From contig NZ_BCZP01000007.1 of NCBI RefSeq assembly GCF_001598795.1, positions 240,001-272,000 on the forward strand: DNA of 32,000 nucleotides, in the 5' to 3' direction. This document shows positions 1 to 9,185 of the stretch, one piece after another. The position numbers and the translations under genes are program-made. This stretch comes from Delftia acidovorans NBRC 14950 (GTDB lineage Bacteria; Pseudomonadota; Gammaproteobacteria; Burkholderiales; Burkholderiaceae_C). Below the pieces are notes generated by a model. The model saw only the letters and a program-made list of their open reading frames with translations, searched no databases and was not told the origin of the DNA. How positions within the stretch are numbered: position 1 is the first letter of the stretch; each line of letters starts with the position of its first letter.

Positions 1-269
1 GTCATGTGGCGGAACAGCGCGTAGTGCTGGAACACGAAGCCCACGTTGCGCTCGCGCACATGGACATCGGTGGTGTCTTCGCCGCTGAAGTGGATGCTGC
101 CCACGTCGGGCGTCTCCAGGCCCGCGATGATGCGCAGCAGCGTGGTCTTGCCGCAGCCCGAGGGGCCGAGCAGTGCGATGAGTTCGCCGGACTGGATGTC
201 CAGGCTCACATCGCGCAGGGCCTGGAAATCGCCGAACTGCTTGCTGACGTTGCGTATTTCAATGCTCAT
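1..269 (-). CDS. cysA: Sulfate/thiosulfate ABC transporter ATP-binding protein CysA, N-terminal 89 codons (runs off window start)
   Basis: My own minus-strand translation from the ATG at 269-267 gives [90 protein letters not shown]. It carries a Walker A motif (GPSGCGKT) and lies directly downstream of cysW. It is absent from the ORF track because the window edge truncates it. Confidence 0.85.
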   Translation of the reverse strand, partial: MSIEIRNVSKQFGDFQALRDVSLDIQSGELIALLGPSGCGKTTLLRIIAGLETPDVGSIHFSGEDTTDVHVRERNVGFVFQHYALFRHM

Positions 270-306
270 GGTCTTGCTCTTGCTTTTGTCTGGTCGGGGC
301 CGAGGT

Positions 307-1341
307 TCAGGACACCTGCGGCACCTGGGATGCCTGGGATGCCTGGGATGCCTGGGATGCCTGGGATGCCTGGGAAGACGCCGTGGGGCGCTCGGGAGGC
401 AGGTCGGCAGCGGCCTTGGCCTGCTGCTCGGCACGCCACTCGGCCACCGACTTGATGACCAGGGTCACCAGCGCCAGCAGGGCCAGCAGCGAGGCGGCAG
501 CGAAGGCGGCAACGGACTGGTACTCGTTGTAGAGGATCTCCACATGCAGCGGAATGGTGTTGGTCTGGCCGCGGATGTGGCCCGAGACCACCGACACCGC
601 GCCGAACTCGCCCATGGCACGCGCATTGCACAGGATCACGCCGTACAGCAGGCCCCACTTGATGTTGGGCACGGTGACCTTCCAGAAGGTCTGCCAGCCC
701 GTGGCACCCAGCACGATGGCGGCCTGCTCCTCGTCGCTGCCCTGCGCCTGCATCAGCGGGATCAGCTCGCGGGCGATGAAGGGGAAGGTCACGAAGATGG
801 TGGCCAGCACGATGCCGGGCACGGCGAAGATGATCTTGATGTCATGCTCGGCCAGCCAGGGGCCGAACCAGCCATGGGCACCGAACACCAGCACGTACAT
901 CAGGCCCGCCACCACAGGCGAGATCGAGAACGGCAGGTCGATCAGGGTGATCAGAAAGGCCTTGCCCCGGAACTCGAACTTGGCGATGCACCAGGCCGCC
1001 GCCACGCCGAACACCAGGTTCACCGGCACGGCGATCAGCGCCGTGATCAGGGTCAGCTTGATGGCCGACCAGGCATCGGGCTCCTGCAGGCCGGCGACAT
1101 AGGCGTCCCAGCCCTTGCGCAGCGCCTCGGTGAACACGGCCGCCAGTGGCAGCACGAGGAACAGGCCGATGAAGATCAGCGCAATGCCCGTGAGAATCCA
1201 GCGCACGGCGCGCGGCTCGGTGGTGGTGAGCTTTTCGCGCCGGCCCTTCGGGGGCGCGGTGAGCCTGTACAGAACCAGAACGGCGACCAGCACCGCGCCA
1301 ATGATCTTGAGAAGCAATGCTTCCTGTGGAGACAACGCCAT
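307..1341 (-). CDS. cysW: Sulfate ABC transporter permease CysW with a repeat-encoded C-terminal tail
   Basis: 344-aa ORF with multiple TM helices and an ABC permease core ([26 protein letters not shown]). Its start abuts the cysT stop (1343). The C-terminus ends in [22 protein letters not shown], encoded by the 9-bp tandem repeat. Confidence 0.85.
   Translation of the reverse strand: MALSPQEALLLKIIGAVLVAVLVLYRLTAPPKGRREKLTTTEPRAVRWILTGIALIFIGLFLVLPLAAVFTEALRKGWDAYVAGLQEPDAWSAIKLTLITALIAVPVNLVFGVAAAWCIAKFEFRGKAFLITLIDLPFSISPVVAGLMYVLVFGAHGWFGPWLAEHDIKIIFAVPGIVLATIFVTFPFIARELIPLMQAQGSDEEQAAIVLGATGWQTFWKVTVPNIKWGLLYGVILCNARAMGEFGAVSVVSGHIRGQTNTIPLHVEILYNEYQSVAAFAAASLLALLALVTLVIKSVAEWRAEQQAKAAADLPPERPTASSQASQASQASQASQASQVPQVS
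324..377. repeat. Tandem repeat, 9-bp unit cctgggatg x5 plus a degenerate sixth copy (cctgggaag)
   Basis: Perfect head-to-tail copies at 324, 333, 342, 351 and 360, and a partial copy at 369. The repeat is in frame inside the cysW 3' end. Confidence 0.9.
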
Positions 1342-1342
1342 C

Positions 1343-2260
1343 TCAAGCCCCTCCCGAATGCTTGCGCTGCCATGCCTGCAGCGCGTTGATGACCAGCAGC
1401 ATCACGAAGGAGAACAGCAGCATCACCACGGCCACGGCCGTGGCGCCTGCGTAGTCGTATTGCTCCAGCTTGCCAATGATGATCAGCGGTGTGATTTCAG
1501 AAATCATGGGCATGTTGCCCGCGATGAAGATGACCGATCCGTACTCGCCGATGGCGCGTGCAAAGGCCATGGCAAAGCCCGTGAGCAGCGCGGGCGTGAT
1601 GGCCGGCAGGATCACCTTGTAGAAGATCTGCCAGCGCGAGGCGCCCAGGCTGGTGGCCGCCTCCTCAAGCTCCTTTTCGGAGTCTTCCAGCACCGGCTGC
1701 ACCGTGCGCACGACAAAGGGCAGACCGATGAAGATCAGCGCAATCACCACGCCGTTCGGGTTGAAGGCCAGCTGGATGCCGTAGGGCTCCAGGTACTGGC
1801 CCACCCAGCCGTTGCCGGCCAGCAAGGCGGTCAGCGAAATACCGGCCACGGCCGTGGGCAGGGCAAAGGGCAGGTCCACCAGGGCATCGACGATCTTCTT
1901 GCCCGGGAACTTGTAGCGCACCAGCACCCAGGCGATCAGCAGGCCGAACACCAGGTTCACGCAGGCCGCCGCGAACGAGGCGCCAAACGTCAGCCGGTAC
2001 GAGGCCAGCACGCGCGGCGAGGCCACGGCCTCCCAGAACTGGGGCCAGGTGAGCGAGAAGGTCTTGAACAGCAGTGCCGACAACGGGATCAGCACAATCA
2101 GGCTCAGATAAAACAGCGTATAGCCCAAGGTCAGCCCGAAGCCGGGCAAAACGCGCTTGGCGCCGCGCCCTTTGCGCGCCGCACCGGACGGTGCGGGCAC
2201 AGGAGCGTCGGCGCCAGGCCTTGGGCTGGTCGGAACGGCAGACACCATGTTGGATTCCAA
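1343..2260 (-). CDS. cysT: Sulfate ABC transporter permease CysT (CysU)
   Basis: 305-aa polytopic ORF with a permease motif ([26 protein letters not shown]), flanked by the binding protein and cysW. The alternative start M5 at 2248 cannot be excluded. Confidence 0.85.
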   Translation of the reverse strand: MESNMVSAVPTSPRPGADAPVPAPSGAARKGRGAKRVLPGFGLTLGYTLFYLSLIVLIPLSALLFKTFSLTWPQFWEAVASPRVLASYRLTFGASFAAACVNLVFGLLIAWVLVRYKFPGKKIVDALVDLPFALPTAVAGISLTALLAGNGWVGQYLEPYGIQLAFNPNGVVIALIFIGLPFVVRTVQPVLEDSEKELEEAATSLGASRWQIFYKVILPAITPALLTGFAMAFARAIGEYGSVIFIAGNMPMISEITPLIIIGKLEQYDYAGATAVAVVMLLFSFVMLLVINALQAWQRKHSGGA

Positions 2261-2322
2261 ATCAGCCAGTGTGGGGAGGGGGCCTCAGGCGGACTGCGCC
2301 GCCTTCATACCTGCTTGCGTGC

Positions 2323-3324
2323 TTACTTGCCGGGGACGTAGATCTTGTCGAACTGTCCGCCGTCGTTGAAGTGCACCTTCTGGGCTTCGGACAGCGAGCC
2401 GAAATACTTGGCCACGGTGAACTGCTTGATGGGCTTGAACACATCGGCATGCTTCTTGAGCACGGCCTCGGAGCGGGGGCGCAGCGCGTGCTGTGCGGCG
2501 ATTTCCTGGGCCTCGTCGGAGTACAGCCAGGCCAGGTAGTCGTGCGCCAGCTGGCCCGTGCCCTTCTTGGCCACGGTGCGCTCGACCACGGCCACGGGGT
2601 TCTCGGCCACGATGGACACCGAGGGATGGACGGCATCGACCTTGCCCTTGCCGAATTCGCGGTCCACGGAGACCACTTCGGATTCGAAGGTGATCAGCAC
2701 GTCGCCGATATTGCGCTGCAGGAAGATGCTGGTCGCGTCGCGGCCGCCCTTGCCCAGCACGGGCACGTTCTTGTAGAGCTGCTGCACGAACTCGGCCGCC
2801 TGCGCGTCGGTGCCGCCCTTCTCGCGCACTGAGCCCCAGGCCGCCAGGTAGGCGTAGCGGCCATTGCCGCCGGTCTTGGGATTGACCACCACGACCTTCA
2901 CGTCGGGACGGATCAGGTCGCTCCAGTCCTTGATGTTCTTGGGATTGCCGTTGCGCACCAGGAACAGCATGGTCGATGTGGTGGGCGAGGCATCATTGGG
3001 GAATTTCTTGGCCCAGTCCTTGGCGACCACGCCGCTGTCGGCCAGGAACTGCACGTCGGTGGTGGTGTTGAAGGTCACCACGTCGGCGGCCAGGCCGTCG
3101 TTGACGGCGCGCGCCTGGGCGCTGGAGCCACCGTGCGACTGGTCCACCTTGATGTCCACGCCCTTGGTCTTCTTGTAGTGCGCGACGAAGGCGGCGTTGT
3201 AGTCCTTGTAGAACTCGCGTGCCACGTCGTAGGAAACGTTGAGCAGCTGGTTCTGCGCCGATACCGTTCCCGCGGCGGCCAGCGCCAGGGTGGCCAACAA
3301 AGTCTTGAGCTTCAAAGAATGCAT
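2323..3324 (-). CDS. sbp: Periplasmic sulfate/thiosulfate-binding protein (Sbp/CysP family)
   Basis: The ORF 2323..3378 was trimmed to the ATG at 3324, giving MHSLKLKTLLATLALAAAGTVSAQ (signal peptide) followed by LLNVSYDVAREFYKDYN, typical of Sbp/CysP. It is the first gene of the cys transporter operon. Sulfate versus thiosulfate specificity cannot be decided from sequence. Confidence 0.85.
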   Translation of the reverse strand: MHSLKLKTLLATLALAAAGTVSAQNQLLNVSYDVAREFYKDYNAAFVAHYKKTKGVDIKVDQSHGGSSAQARAVNDGLAADVVTFNTTTDVQFLADSGVVAKDWAKKFPNDASPTTSTMLFLVRNGNPKNIKDWSDLIRPDVKVVVVNPKTGGNGRYAYLAAWGSVREKGGTDAQAAEFVQQLYKNVPVLGKGGRDATSIFLQRNIGDVLITFESEVVSVDREFGKGKVDAVHPSVSIVAENPVAVVERTVAKKGTGQLAHDYLAWLYSDEAQEIAAQHALRPRSEAVLKKHADVFKPIKQFTVAKYFGSLSEAQKVHFNDGGQFDKIYVPGK

Positions 3325-3479
3325 GGTTCGCTGCCTTTTATTAGTGGACATCTCTGCGGTGTATTCACAGACAGTCACATTGTGCGAACGCTGACTTAAA
3401 ACTCAAAAGAATATATTTTTGTTTGTTAATGGCCTGTCACCATATAAAGAACCTGCCCTGCCTGCGGCCCGCCTGGCCA

Positions 3480-4139
3480 TCACAGACCGGCAGCCCATGG
3501 CGCGCCAGCGCCAGTACCCGCAGAGACGGAGGCATGCGCAGCCGCCACACGTGGCGGACGCGGCGAGCGCGGCGAACGCACGGCAGGCCGGGGCTGGGCC
3601 GGCTGCCAGCTGTCGCCCTGCATCAGCGACTGCAGCAGCGCCAGGCCCAGGGGCCAGTCGCCAAAGCCTGATTCGACATTGATGTGCCCCGCGTTCTGCA
3701 GCCGCACGAACTCGCTTCCCCAGGCCCGCGCATAGGCGCCGGCCCGGCGGATCGGACAGTAGGGGTCGTTGCTGCTGGCCACCAGCACGCTGCGGTACGG
3801 CAGCGGCGCATAGGGCACGGGCGCAAAGTCGGCCAGCTGGGCACGGCGCTCGGGATCGGCCGGCGCCACCAGCAGCGCACCGCGCACGCGCGCACTGGCC
3901 TCGGGGCCCAGGTGCGCGGCCGTGATGCAGCCCAGGCTGTGGGCGGCCAGCACCACCGGTTCGGGCCGGGACAGCACCAGTTGCTCCAGCGCGGCCACCC
4001 AGGGCTCGCGGTGGGGCACCAGCCAGTCGTCCTGCTCCACGCGCTCGGCATGCGGCAGCTGCTGCGCCCACAGGCTTTGCCAGTGGTCAGGACCGGAGTT
4101 GCGCCAGCCGGGCACGATGATGATGCGGTGGGGATTCAT
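3480..4139 (-). CDS. Alpha/beta serine hydrolase, YdeN/RBBP9-like (Ser_hydrolase family)
   Basis: The ATG at 4139 is preceded by AGGAGA. The protein starts MNPHRIIIVPGWRNSGPDHWQ and carries the triad contexts HSLGC (Ser), SSNDPYC (Asp) and NAGHIN (His). It has a Pro/Arg/Ala-rich low-complexity C-terminal tail. Confidence 0.7.
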   Translation of the reverse strand: MNPHRIIIVPGWRNSGPDHWQSLWAQQLPHAERVEQDDWLVPHREPWVAALEQLVLSRPEPVVLAAHSLGCITAAHLGPEASARVRGALLVAPADPERRAQLADFAPVPYAPLPYRSVLVASSNDPYCPIRRAGAYARAWGSEFVRLQNAGHINVESGFGDWPLGLALLQSLMQGDSWQPAQPRPAVRSPRSPRPPRVAAAHASVSAGTGAGAPWAAGL

Positions 4140-4254
4140 GGGTTCTCCTGGACTGTCCATTGCTGGACATGGGCCCCGATTGTGGAGAACACCGCCAACT
4201 ATCCCAACGAACGTTTTGTTGTTTTCTTATGGCGTGGCGAGGTGCAACCCAACC

Positions 4255-5184
4255 CTAGCGTACCGCCGGCTCGCGCGTGGCATGGCTGTTGCGCCCCGGC
4301 ACGGTCTCGCCGAGGAAGTCCAGGAAATGCCGCACGGCCGGCGCCAGGCCGCGCCGCGAGGGGAAGACCGCGTGCACGATGCCCTGGGGCGGCTCCCAGC
4401 CCGGCAGCAGGTGCACGAGCCGGCCCTCGGCCAGTTCCTCGTGGCACATGTAGTCGGGCAGCCAGCACATGCCGCTGCCGGCCAGCGCCGCGAATTTCAG
4501 CGTCAGCAGGTCATCCACCACATAGCGCGGCTGCAGCTGCAGGCGTTGCTCGCGGCCTTCGGGGCCGACCAGGAGCAGGCTGGACTGGCCATCCACCGCC
4601 GACATGGACATGCTGTCCAGGTGCTGCAGGTCGGCCAGTGCACGCGGCGTGCCCTGGCGCTCCAGCAGCTCCGGGCTGGCCACGAGGATCTGGCGCGCCA
4701 CATCCAGCCGCTTGACGACCATGGAGCCGCTGTCCTCCAGACTGGGGCGCACGCGCAGCGCCACGTCGATGCCCTCCTCCACCAGGTTCACGGGCCGGTT
4801 GGTCACCTGCATCTCCACATGCACCAGCGGGCAGCGCTGCAGGAACTGGGGCATGAGCTCGCCCAGCACGGTCTGGGCCAGGGTCACGGGGCAGCTCACG
4901 CGGATGGTGCCGCGCGGCTCGGTCTGCACCTCGGCCACGGTGTCGGCGGCGGCCAGGGCCGCATCTCGCATGGCCTGGCAGTGGCGCAGATAGGCCTCGC
5001 CCACCTGGGTCAGCGAGAGCTTGCGCGTGGTGCGCTGCAGCAGGCGCACGCCCAGCCGGGCCTCCAGCTCCGCCACGCGCCGCGACAGCCGCGACTTGGG
5101 TATGCCCAGCGCCCGCCCTGCAGAGGCAAAGCCGCCGCGCTCCACCACCTCGGCGAAGTACAGCATGTCGTTGAGATCCATCAT
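4255..5184 (-). CDS. LysR-family transcriptional regulator
   Basis: 309 aa with an N-terminal wHTH (MMDLNDMLYFAEVVERGGFASAGRALGIPKSRLSRRVAELEARLGVRLLQRTTRKLSLT) and a LysR substrate-binding domain. It is divergent from azoR. Confidence 0.85.
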   Translation of the reverse strand: MMDLNDMLYFAEVVERGGFASAGRALGIPKSRLSRRVAELEARLGVRLLQRTTRKLSLTQVGEAYLRHCQAMRDAALAAADTVAEVQTEPRGTIRVSCPVTLAQTVLGELMPQFLQRCPLVHVEMQVTNRPVNLVEEGIDVALRVRPSLEDSGSMVVKRLDVARQILVASPELLERQGTPRALADLQHLDSMSMSAVDGQSSLLLVGPEGREQRLQLQPRYVVDDLLTLKFAALAGSGMCWLPDYMCHEELAEGRLVHLLPGWEPPQGIVHAVFPSRRGLAPAVRHFLDFLGETVPGRNSHATREPAVR

Positions 5185-5317
5185 GTCGCGCGTCCCTCCC
5201 CTGTGCTCATTGACTGCAAATTCAGGACAATCTATCGCAATTTCGGCGGCTTATCAAAGACTCTGTCCAAATTCACAATTGATCCCATCGTCGGCCCTAC
5301 AAGCTTTCCCGAGTGGC

Positions 5318-5349
5318 CGATCCCAACCGCGATCCCAACCGACATCCCA
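5318..5349. repeat. 12-bp tandem repeat cgatcccaaccg x2 plus a partial third copy, in the azoR leader
   Basis: Copies at 5318-5329 and 5330-5341 are identical; 5342-5349 (acatccca) is a degenerate partial copy. The repeat ends at the AGGAG ribosome-binding site of azoR. Confidence 0.7.
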
Positions 5350-5360
5350 GGAGCTTTTCC

Positions 5361-5999
5361 ATGCAAGTGCTGCACATCGACTCTTCCATCACCGGCGCCG
5401 CTTCGGTGTCCCGCCAGCTGACCGCCCAGACCGTTGCTGCCCTGGTGGCCGCCAACCCCGGCGCCAAGGTCGAATACCTGGATCTGGCCGTGAACGCCCC
5501 CGACCACCTGAACGCAGTGTCCATGGGCTTTCGCACCGGACAGGCCGCCACGACGGAAGCCGAGCGCGCACAGAACGCCATCTCCGAGGCCCTGGTGAGC
5601 CAGTTCCTGGCGGCCGATGTGGTCGTGGTCGGCGCTCCGTTCTACAACTTCACCATCTCCAGCCAGCTCAAGGCCTGGATCGACCGCATCGCCCAGGGCG
5701 GCCGCACCTTCCGCTACACCGCAGCCGGCCCCGAAGGCCTGGCCAAGGGCAAGAAGGTCATCGTGGCCTCCACGCGCGGCGGTGTGTACTCCACCAGCGA
5801 AATGGGCCAGGCCCTGGAGCACCAGGAAAGCTATCTGAAGACGGTGTTCGGCTTCCTGGGCATCACCGATGTGAGCATCGTGCGCGCAGAAGGCGTGGCC
5901 ATGGGCGATGAGTCCAAGGCCAAGGCCCTGGAATCGGCCCGCAGCGACATCGTGCGTGCAGCGGCTGCCGCCAATCAGGAAGCGGCCATCGCCGCCTGA
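5361..5999 (+). CDS. azoR: FMN-dependent NADH-azoreductase (AzoR/AcpD family)
   Basis: The ATG at 5361 lies 7 nt after AGGAG. The sequence [21 protein letters not shown] ... [22 protein letters not shown] ... [14 protein letters not shown] is diagnostic of AzoR. The ORF-track start at 5313 lies upstream of the ribosome-binding site and inside the tandem repeat, so it was not used. Confidence 0.85.
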   Translation: MQVLHIDSSITGAASVSRQLTAQTVAALVAANPGAKVEYLDLAVNAPDHLNAVSMGFRTGQAATTEAERAQNAISEALVSQFLAADVVVVGAPFYNFTISSQLKAWIDRIAQGGRTFRYTAAGPEGLAKGKKVIVASTRGGVYSTSEMGQALEHQESYLKTVFGFLGITDVSIVRAEGVAMGDESKAKALESARSDIVRAAAAANQEAAIAA

Positions 6000-6043
6000 G
6001 GGCCATTGCAGCCCGCAGGGGCTGCCTGCTCAATGAATGGACA

Positions 6044-6079
6044 AGCGCCTGGGTTTAGGCCCAGGCGCTTTTGCTTTTG
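6044..6079 (+). terminator. Rho-independent terminator after azoR
   Basis: 10-bp stem agcgcctggg (6044-6053) / cccaggcgct (6060-6069), followed by TTTTGCTTTTG. Confidence 0.65.
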
Positions 6080-6334
6080 CAGAGGCACGACAGCGGCCGT
6101 GCCGGGCCGTCCGGAATGCTCCCAATGGACTGTGGCGAATAAAAGAGGTATCCGCCTCTGCACCTCCTTTGAAAAAAGCAATGCGCGATGGGCTTTCGCA
6201 GACACACGAAGCTGGTAGGCTGAATCATCACCGCCCTATTCGCGGCTTTGTCCGACACGAACCGTCTGTATTTCAGAAGGACGGCGGACCTGCCGATATC
6301 CAGGCAGCCTTATTGCATTCACTGCCTTCCATCC

Positions 6335-6823
6335 ATGCCAGCCACAAGCCACCGTCCCCATGCCCGGCCCCGCGGCCCTGTCCATGTCCATGTCCGCCCG
6401 CCGTCCGATGAAAACCTGGTGATCACGGTGATTGCCGTGTCCCTGCTGGCCATTACCGTGCTGGGCATCGGCGTCTACCAGTTCATGCAGTACCAGCGCG
6501 AGCAGGACCAGGAGCAGCTCAATTCGCGCGTCTACCGCAGCTATGTGCGCAACACCGACGAGGCACCTGCGCCCGAGGAGCCCGAGCAGCCCGCCGCAGC
6601 GCCCACCCCCGCCAAGCCCAGCCAGCAGCAGCTGAACCAGGAAATGACGCGCAAGCTGCTGGCCCATCCCGGCGTGACGCCCGGTGCCGGCTTTTCGGCG
6701 CCCGGCGTCAAGTCGACGGGCGTGGTGATCATCGACGCCATCGACCAGGCCCAGGCGCGCGAGAAGGCATCGTCCGCCGCGCGCCCTGCTGCGGCGATTG
6801 CCAACCCCTCTCCCGCTTCCTGA
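6335..6823 (+). CDS. Hypothetical single-pass membrane protein with a Pro/Gln/Ala-rich C-terminal region
   Basis: Strong GC3 coding bias, one predicted TM helix (VITVIAVSLLAITVLGIGVYQF), and a terminator immediately downstream. The start is uncertain: the ORF opens at 6248 and I chose the in-frame ATG at 6335. I recognise no family. Confidence 0.4.
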   Translation: MPATSHRPHARPRGPVHVHVRPPSDENLVITVIAVSLLAITVLGIGVYQFMQYQREQDQEQLNSRVYRSYVRNTDEAPAPEEPEQPAAAPTPAKPSQQQLNQEMTRKLLAHPGVTPGAGFSAPGVKSTGVVIIDAIDQAQAREKASSAARPAAAIANPSPAS

Positions 6824-6860
6824 CGCTTCCTGACCTCTGCGCCCACAGGAGCCGCAACGC

Positions 6861-6887
6861 AAAAGCCCGGCATTGCCGGGCTTTTTT
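6861..6887. terminator. Bidirectional rho-independent terminator between convergent genes
   Basis: Stem agcccggc (6864-6871) / gccgggct (6875-6882), flanked by AAAA on the left and TTTTTT on the right. It serves both the plus-strand hypothetical ORF and the minus-strand FMN reductase. Confidence 0.75.
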
Positions 6888-6914
6888 GTGTCTTGAGCGG
6901 CCTTGCCGCACCGC

Positions 6915-7463
6915 TCACTGGTGCTTGCGCGCCCAGGCCGCGAACTTCTGCACAAAGCCGTTCACGAAGTCGCGGCTGCCGGCGCCGATGGAGCCGTCTT
7001 CGGCAAACAGGCCGTCCTTGGCCTGGATGAAGATTTCGGGCTGGGCCAGCGTGGGCATGTCGAGGTAGGCCAGCACATTGCGCAGGTGCTGTTGTGCGAG
7101 CGCCGTGCCGATGGCACCCACGGAGACGCCGGCCACGGCAGCGGGCTTGCCGGCCCAGACGCTCTTGCCGTAGGGGCGCGAGCCCTGGTCCAGCGCGTTC
7201 TTGAGCACGCCGGGAATCGAGCGGTTGTACTCGGGCGTCAGGAACAGCACGGCCTGGGCCGACTGGATCTGGGCGCGGAACTGCTTGACCACGTCCACCT
7301 CATTGCCGTCATGGTCCTGGTTGTACAGGGGCAGGTTGTCGATGGCGACCTGCTCGAAGACCAGGCCTTCGGGCGCCAGGCGCGCAATGGCGTCGGCGAA
7401 TTTGCGGTTGAAGGAATCCTTGCGCAGGCTGCCCACGATGACAGCGACCTTGATCTGGCTCAT
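6915..7463 (-). CDS. NAD(P)H-dependent FMN reductase (flavodoxin-like fold; YieF/ChrR/SsuE-type)
   Basis: 182 aa. MSQIKVAVIVGSLRKDSFNRKFA ... LFLTPEYNRSIPGVLKNALD is typical of the FMN_red family. It lies 95 nt downstream of metQ on the same strand. Confidence 0.8.
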   Translation of the reverse strand: MSQIKVAVIVGSLRKDSFNRKFADAIARLAPEGLVFEQVAIDNLPLYNQDHDGNEVDVVKQFRAQIQSAQAVLFLTPEYNRSIPGVLKNALDQGSRPYGKSVWAGKPAAVAGVSVGAIGTALAQQHLRNVLAYLDMPTLAQPEIFIQAKDGLFAEDGSIGAGSRDFVNGFVQKFAAWARKHQ

Positions 7464-7558
7464 GCATTGCTCCTGGAGGAAGTGGCGGGAAACGGGCGGG
7501 AAAGAGGCGGGAGGGGCACCTCCCGCAAGCAGCCATTATGTGGCCGCGTTCAGCAGGC

Positions 7559-8389
7559 TCACTGTAGGAAGGAGGGCTTGGCGTAGCCCTGGAACTTGCT
7601 GTCCACCACGGCCTTGAATTCGGCGGAGCGGTAGACCTCGGCCAGGTCCTTGGCCCATGCCGTGCCCTGGTCCTTCTTCTTGATGGCCACCACGTTCAGG
7701 TAGTGGTCGGGGGTCTTTTCCAGCGAGACGGCCTCGGTCAGCTTCAGGCCCGAGGAGATGGCGAAGTTGCCGTTGATGATGGCGTACTCGGTGTCGCCCA
7801 GCGAACGCGGCAGCTGTGCGGCTTCCAGCGGGATGAACTTGAGCTTGCGCGGATTCTCGGCCAGGTCCTTTTCGGACACGCGCAGCGGATCGATGCCGGG
7901 CTTGGCCTTGATCAGCCCGGCCTGCTCCAGCAGCACCAGCGCGCGCGCGAGGTTGCTCGGGTCGTTGGGCAGGGTCACGCGGTCGCCTTCCTTGGCCTCG
8001 GCCAGGGTCTTGCGGGTCTTGGAATACACGCCCAGGGGGGCGATGGGGCCTTGCACCAACTCCACCAGGTCCAGCTTCTGGTCGGCCGCGAACTTCTGCA
8101 GGTAGACACGGTGCTGGAAGAAGTTGGCGTCCAGCGAGCCCTGGGCCAGCGCCAGGTTGGGCTGCACGTAGTCGTTGAACTCCACCAGCTTGACCTGGTA
8201 GCCCTTCTTTTGCAGCAGCGGCACGATGCCCTGCTTGAGCTGGTCGATGTTGGAGCCGGCCGTGCCGCCGATCACCAGCTGCTTCTTGTCGGCCTGGGCG
8301 TGGGCGGGCAGCGCCAGCACGCTGGCAGCGGCAAGGGCGGCGGCCGAGGCCAGCAGATGGCGGCGCACGAAGGAAAGGGATGCGGTCAT
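7559..8389 (-). CDS. metQ: Methionine ABC transporter substrate-binding protein (MetQ/NlpA family)
   Basis: The 507-aa ORF was trimmed to the ATG at 8389: MTASLSFVRRHLLASAAALAAASVLALPAHAQ (signal peptide, no lipobox Cys) followed by ADKKQLVIGGTAGSNIDQ ... NFFQH ... INGNFA. It is the last transporter gene after metI. Confidence 0.85.
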   Translation of the reverse strand: MTASLSFVRRHLLASAAALAAASVLALPAHAQADKKQLVIGGTAGSNIDQLKQGIVPLLQKKGYQVKLVEFNDYVQPNLALAQGSLDANFFQHRVYLQKFAADQKLDLVELVQGPIAPLGVYSKTRKTLAEAKEGDRVTLPNDPSNLARALVLLEQAGLIKAKPGIDPLRVSEKDLAENPRKLKFIPLEAAQLPRSLGDTEYAIINGNFAISSGLKLTEAVSLEKTPDHYLNVVAIKKKDQGTAWAKDLAEVYRSAEFKAVVDSKFQGYAKPSFLQ

Positions 8390-8451
8390 GTCGGAATCCT
8401 TTTTTTGGGAGAGAGCGGGAAGAAAGAAGAAAGCGGGTCTGGACAGCGCGC

Positions 8452-9117
8452 TCAGCCGCGCTTGTCCAGGCGGCGGGCCGCCGTGTTGCCCACGAACTGG
8501 ATGACCTGGACCATGGCCACGAGGATGGTCACGGTGAGCACCATCACATCGGTCTGGAAGCGGTAGTAGCCGTAGCGGATGGCCAGATCGCCAATGCCGC
8601 CGCCGCCCACCACGCCGGCAATGGCCGAGTACGACAGAAAGCTCACGGCCAGCACGGTCAGCGCCAGCACCAGGCCCGAACGCGCCTCGACGATGAGCAC
8701 GCGCCAGACGATCTGCAGCTCCGAGGCGCCCATGGCGTGCGCGGCCTCGATCACGCCGCGCGGCACATCGCGCAGGCACTGGTCCACCAGGCGTGCCAGG
8801 TACGGGATGGCCGCCACGGACAGCGGCACGGCCGCAGCCAGCGGGCCGATGGAGGTGCCGGCCAGCCAGCGCGTGAAGGGCACCAGGGCGACCAGCAAGA
8901 TGATGAAGGGGAAGGACCGCACGGTGTTGACCGTCCAGTTCAGCACGGCGAAGGCCGGGCGGTTGTCCAGCGACTGGCCGGGGCCCAGCAGGAACAGCAG
9001 CACGCCCAGCGGGCCGCCAATGAGCACGGCGGCCGACAGGCCGATGCCCAGCATCAAAAGGGTCTGGCCCATGGCCAGCCACAGCTCGGGCAGGATTTCG
9101 ACGATGTTTTCAGACAT
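8452..9117 (-). CDS. metI: Methionine ABC transporter permease MetI
   Basis: The 590-aa ORF was trimmed to the ATG at 9117 (MSENIVEILPELW...). It has 5 TM segments and the EAA-type loop VIEAAHAMGASELQIVWRVLIVEARSGL. Confidence 0.9.
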   Translation of the reverse strand: MSENIVEILPELWLAMGQTLLMLGIGLSAAVLIGGPLGVLLFLLGPGQSLDNRPAFAVLNWTVNTVRSFPFIILLVALVPFTRWLAGTSIGPLAAAVPLSVAAIPYLARLVDQCLRDVPRGVIEAAHAMGASELQIVWRVLIVEARSGLVLALTVLAVSFLSYSAIAGVVGGGGIGDLAIRYGYYRFQTDVMVLTVTILVAMVQVIQFVGNTAARRLDKRG

Positions 9118-9185
9118 GGGAATGCGGAATCGAAAAGAAGGGGAAAACAGGAAGAGGCGAAAAGCGGGAACGGGCGAAAGCCCCG

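Noticed and set aside
324-377. The tandem repeat might be taken for a CRISPR-like array or a collagen-like PGMPGM coding repeat (plus-strand frame).
   Set aside because: The units are contiguous with no spacers, so it is not CRISPR. The plus-strand PGM frame is antisense to the well-supported cysW gene.
5208-5290. Possible LysR operator: an AAATTCA-containing imperfect repeat in the LysR-azoR intergenic region, and a TTGACT -35-like hexamer at 5210-5215.
   Set aside because: The two arms match poorly when aligned as an inverted repeat. The best-spaced -10 (TATCGC) is weak, so this is too speculative to annotate.
6078-6163. Long-range inverted repeat tgcagaggc ... gcctctgca enclosing smaller hairpins in the azoR-downstream intergenic region, a possible sRNA.
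   Set aside because: I see no promoter or terminator signature of its own, and I cannot assess conservation. A 9-bp inverted repeat in GC-rich DNA is weak evidence.
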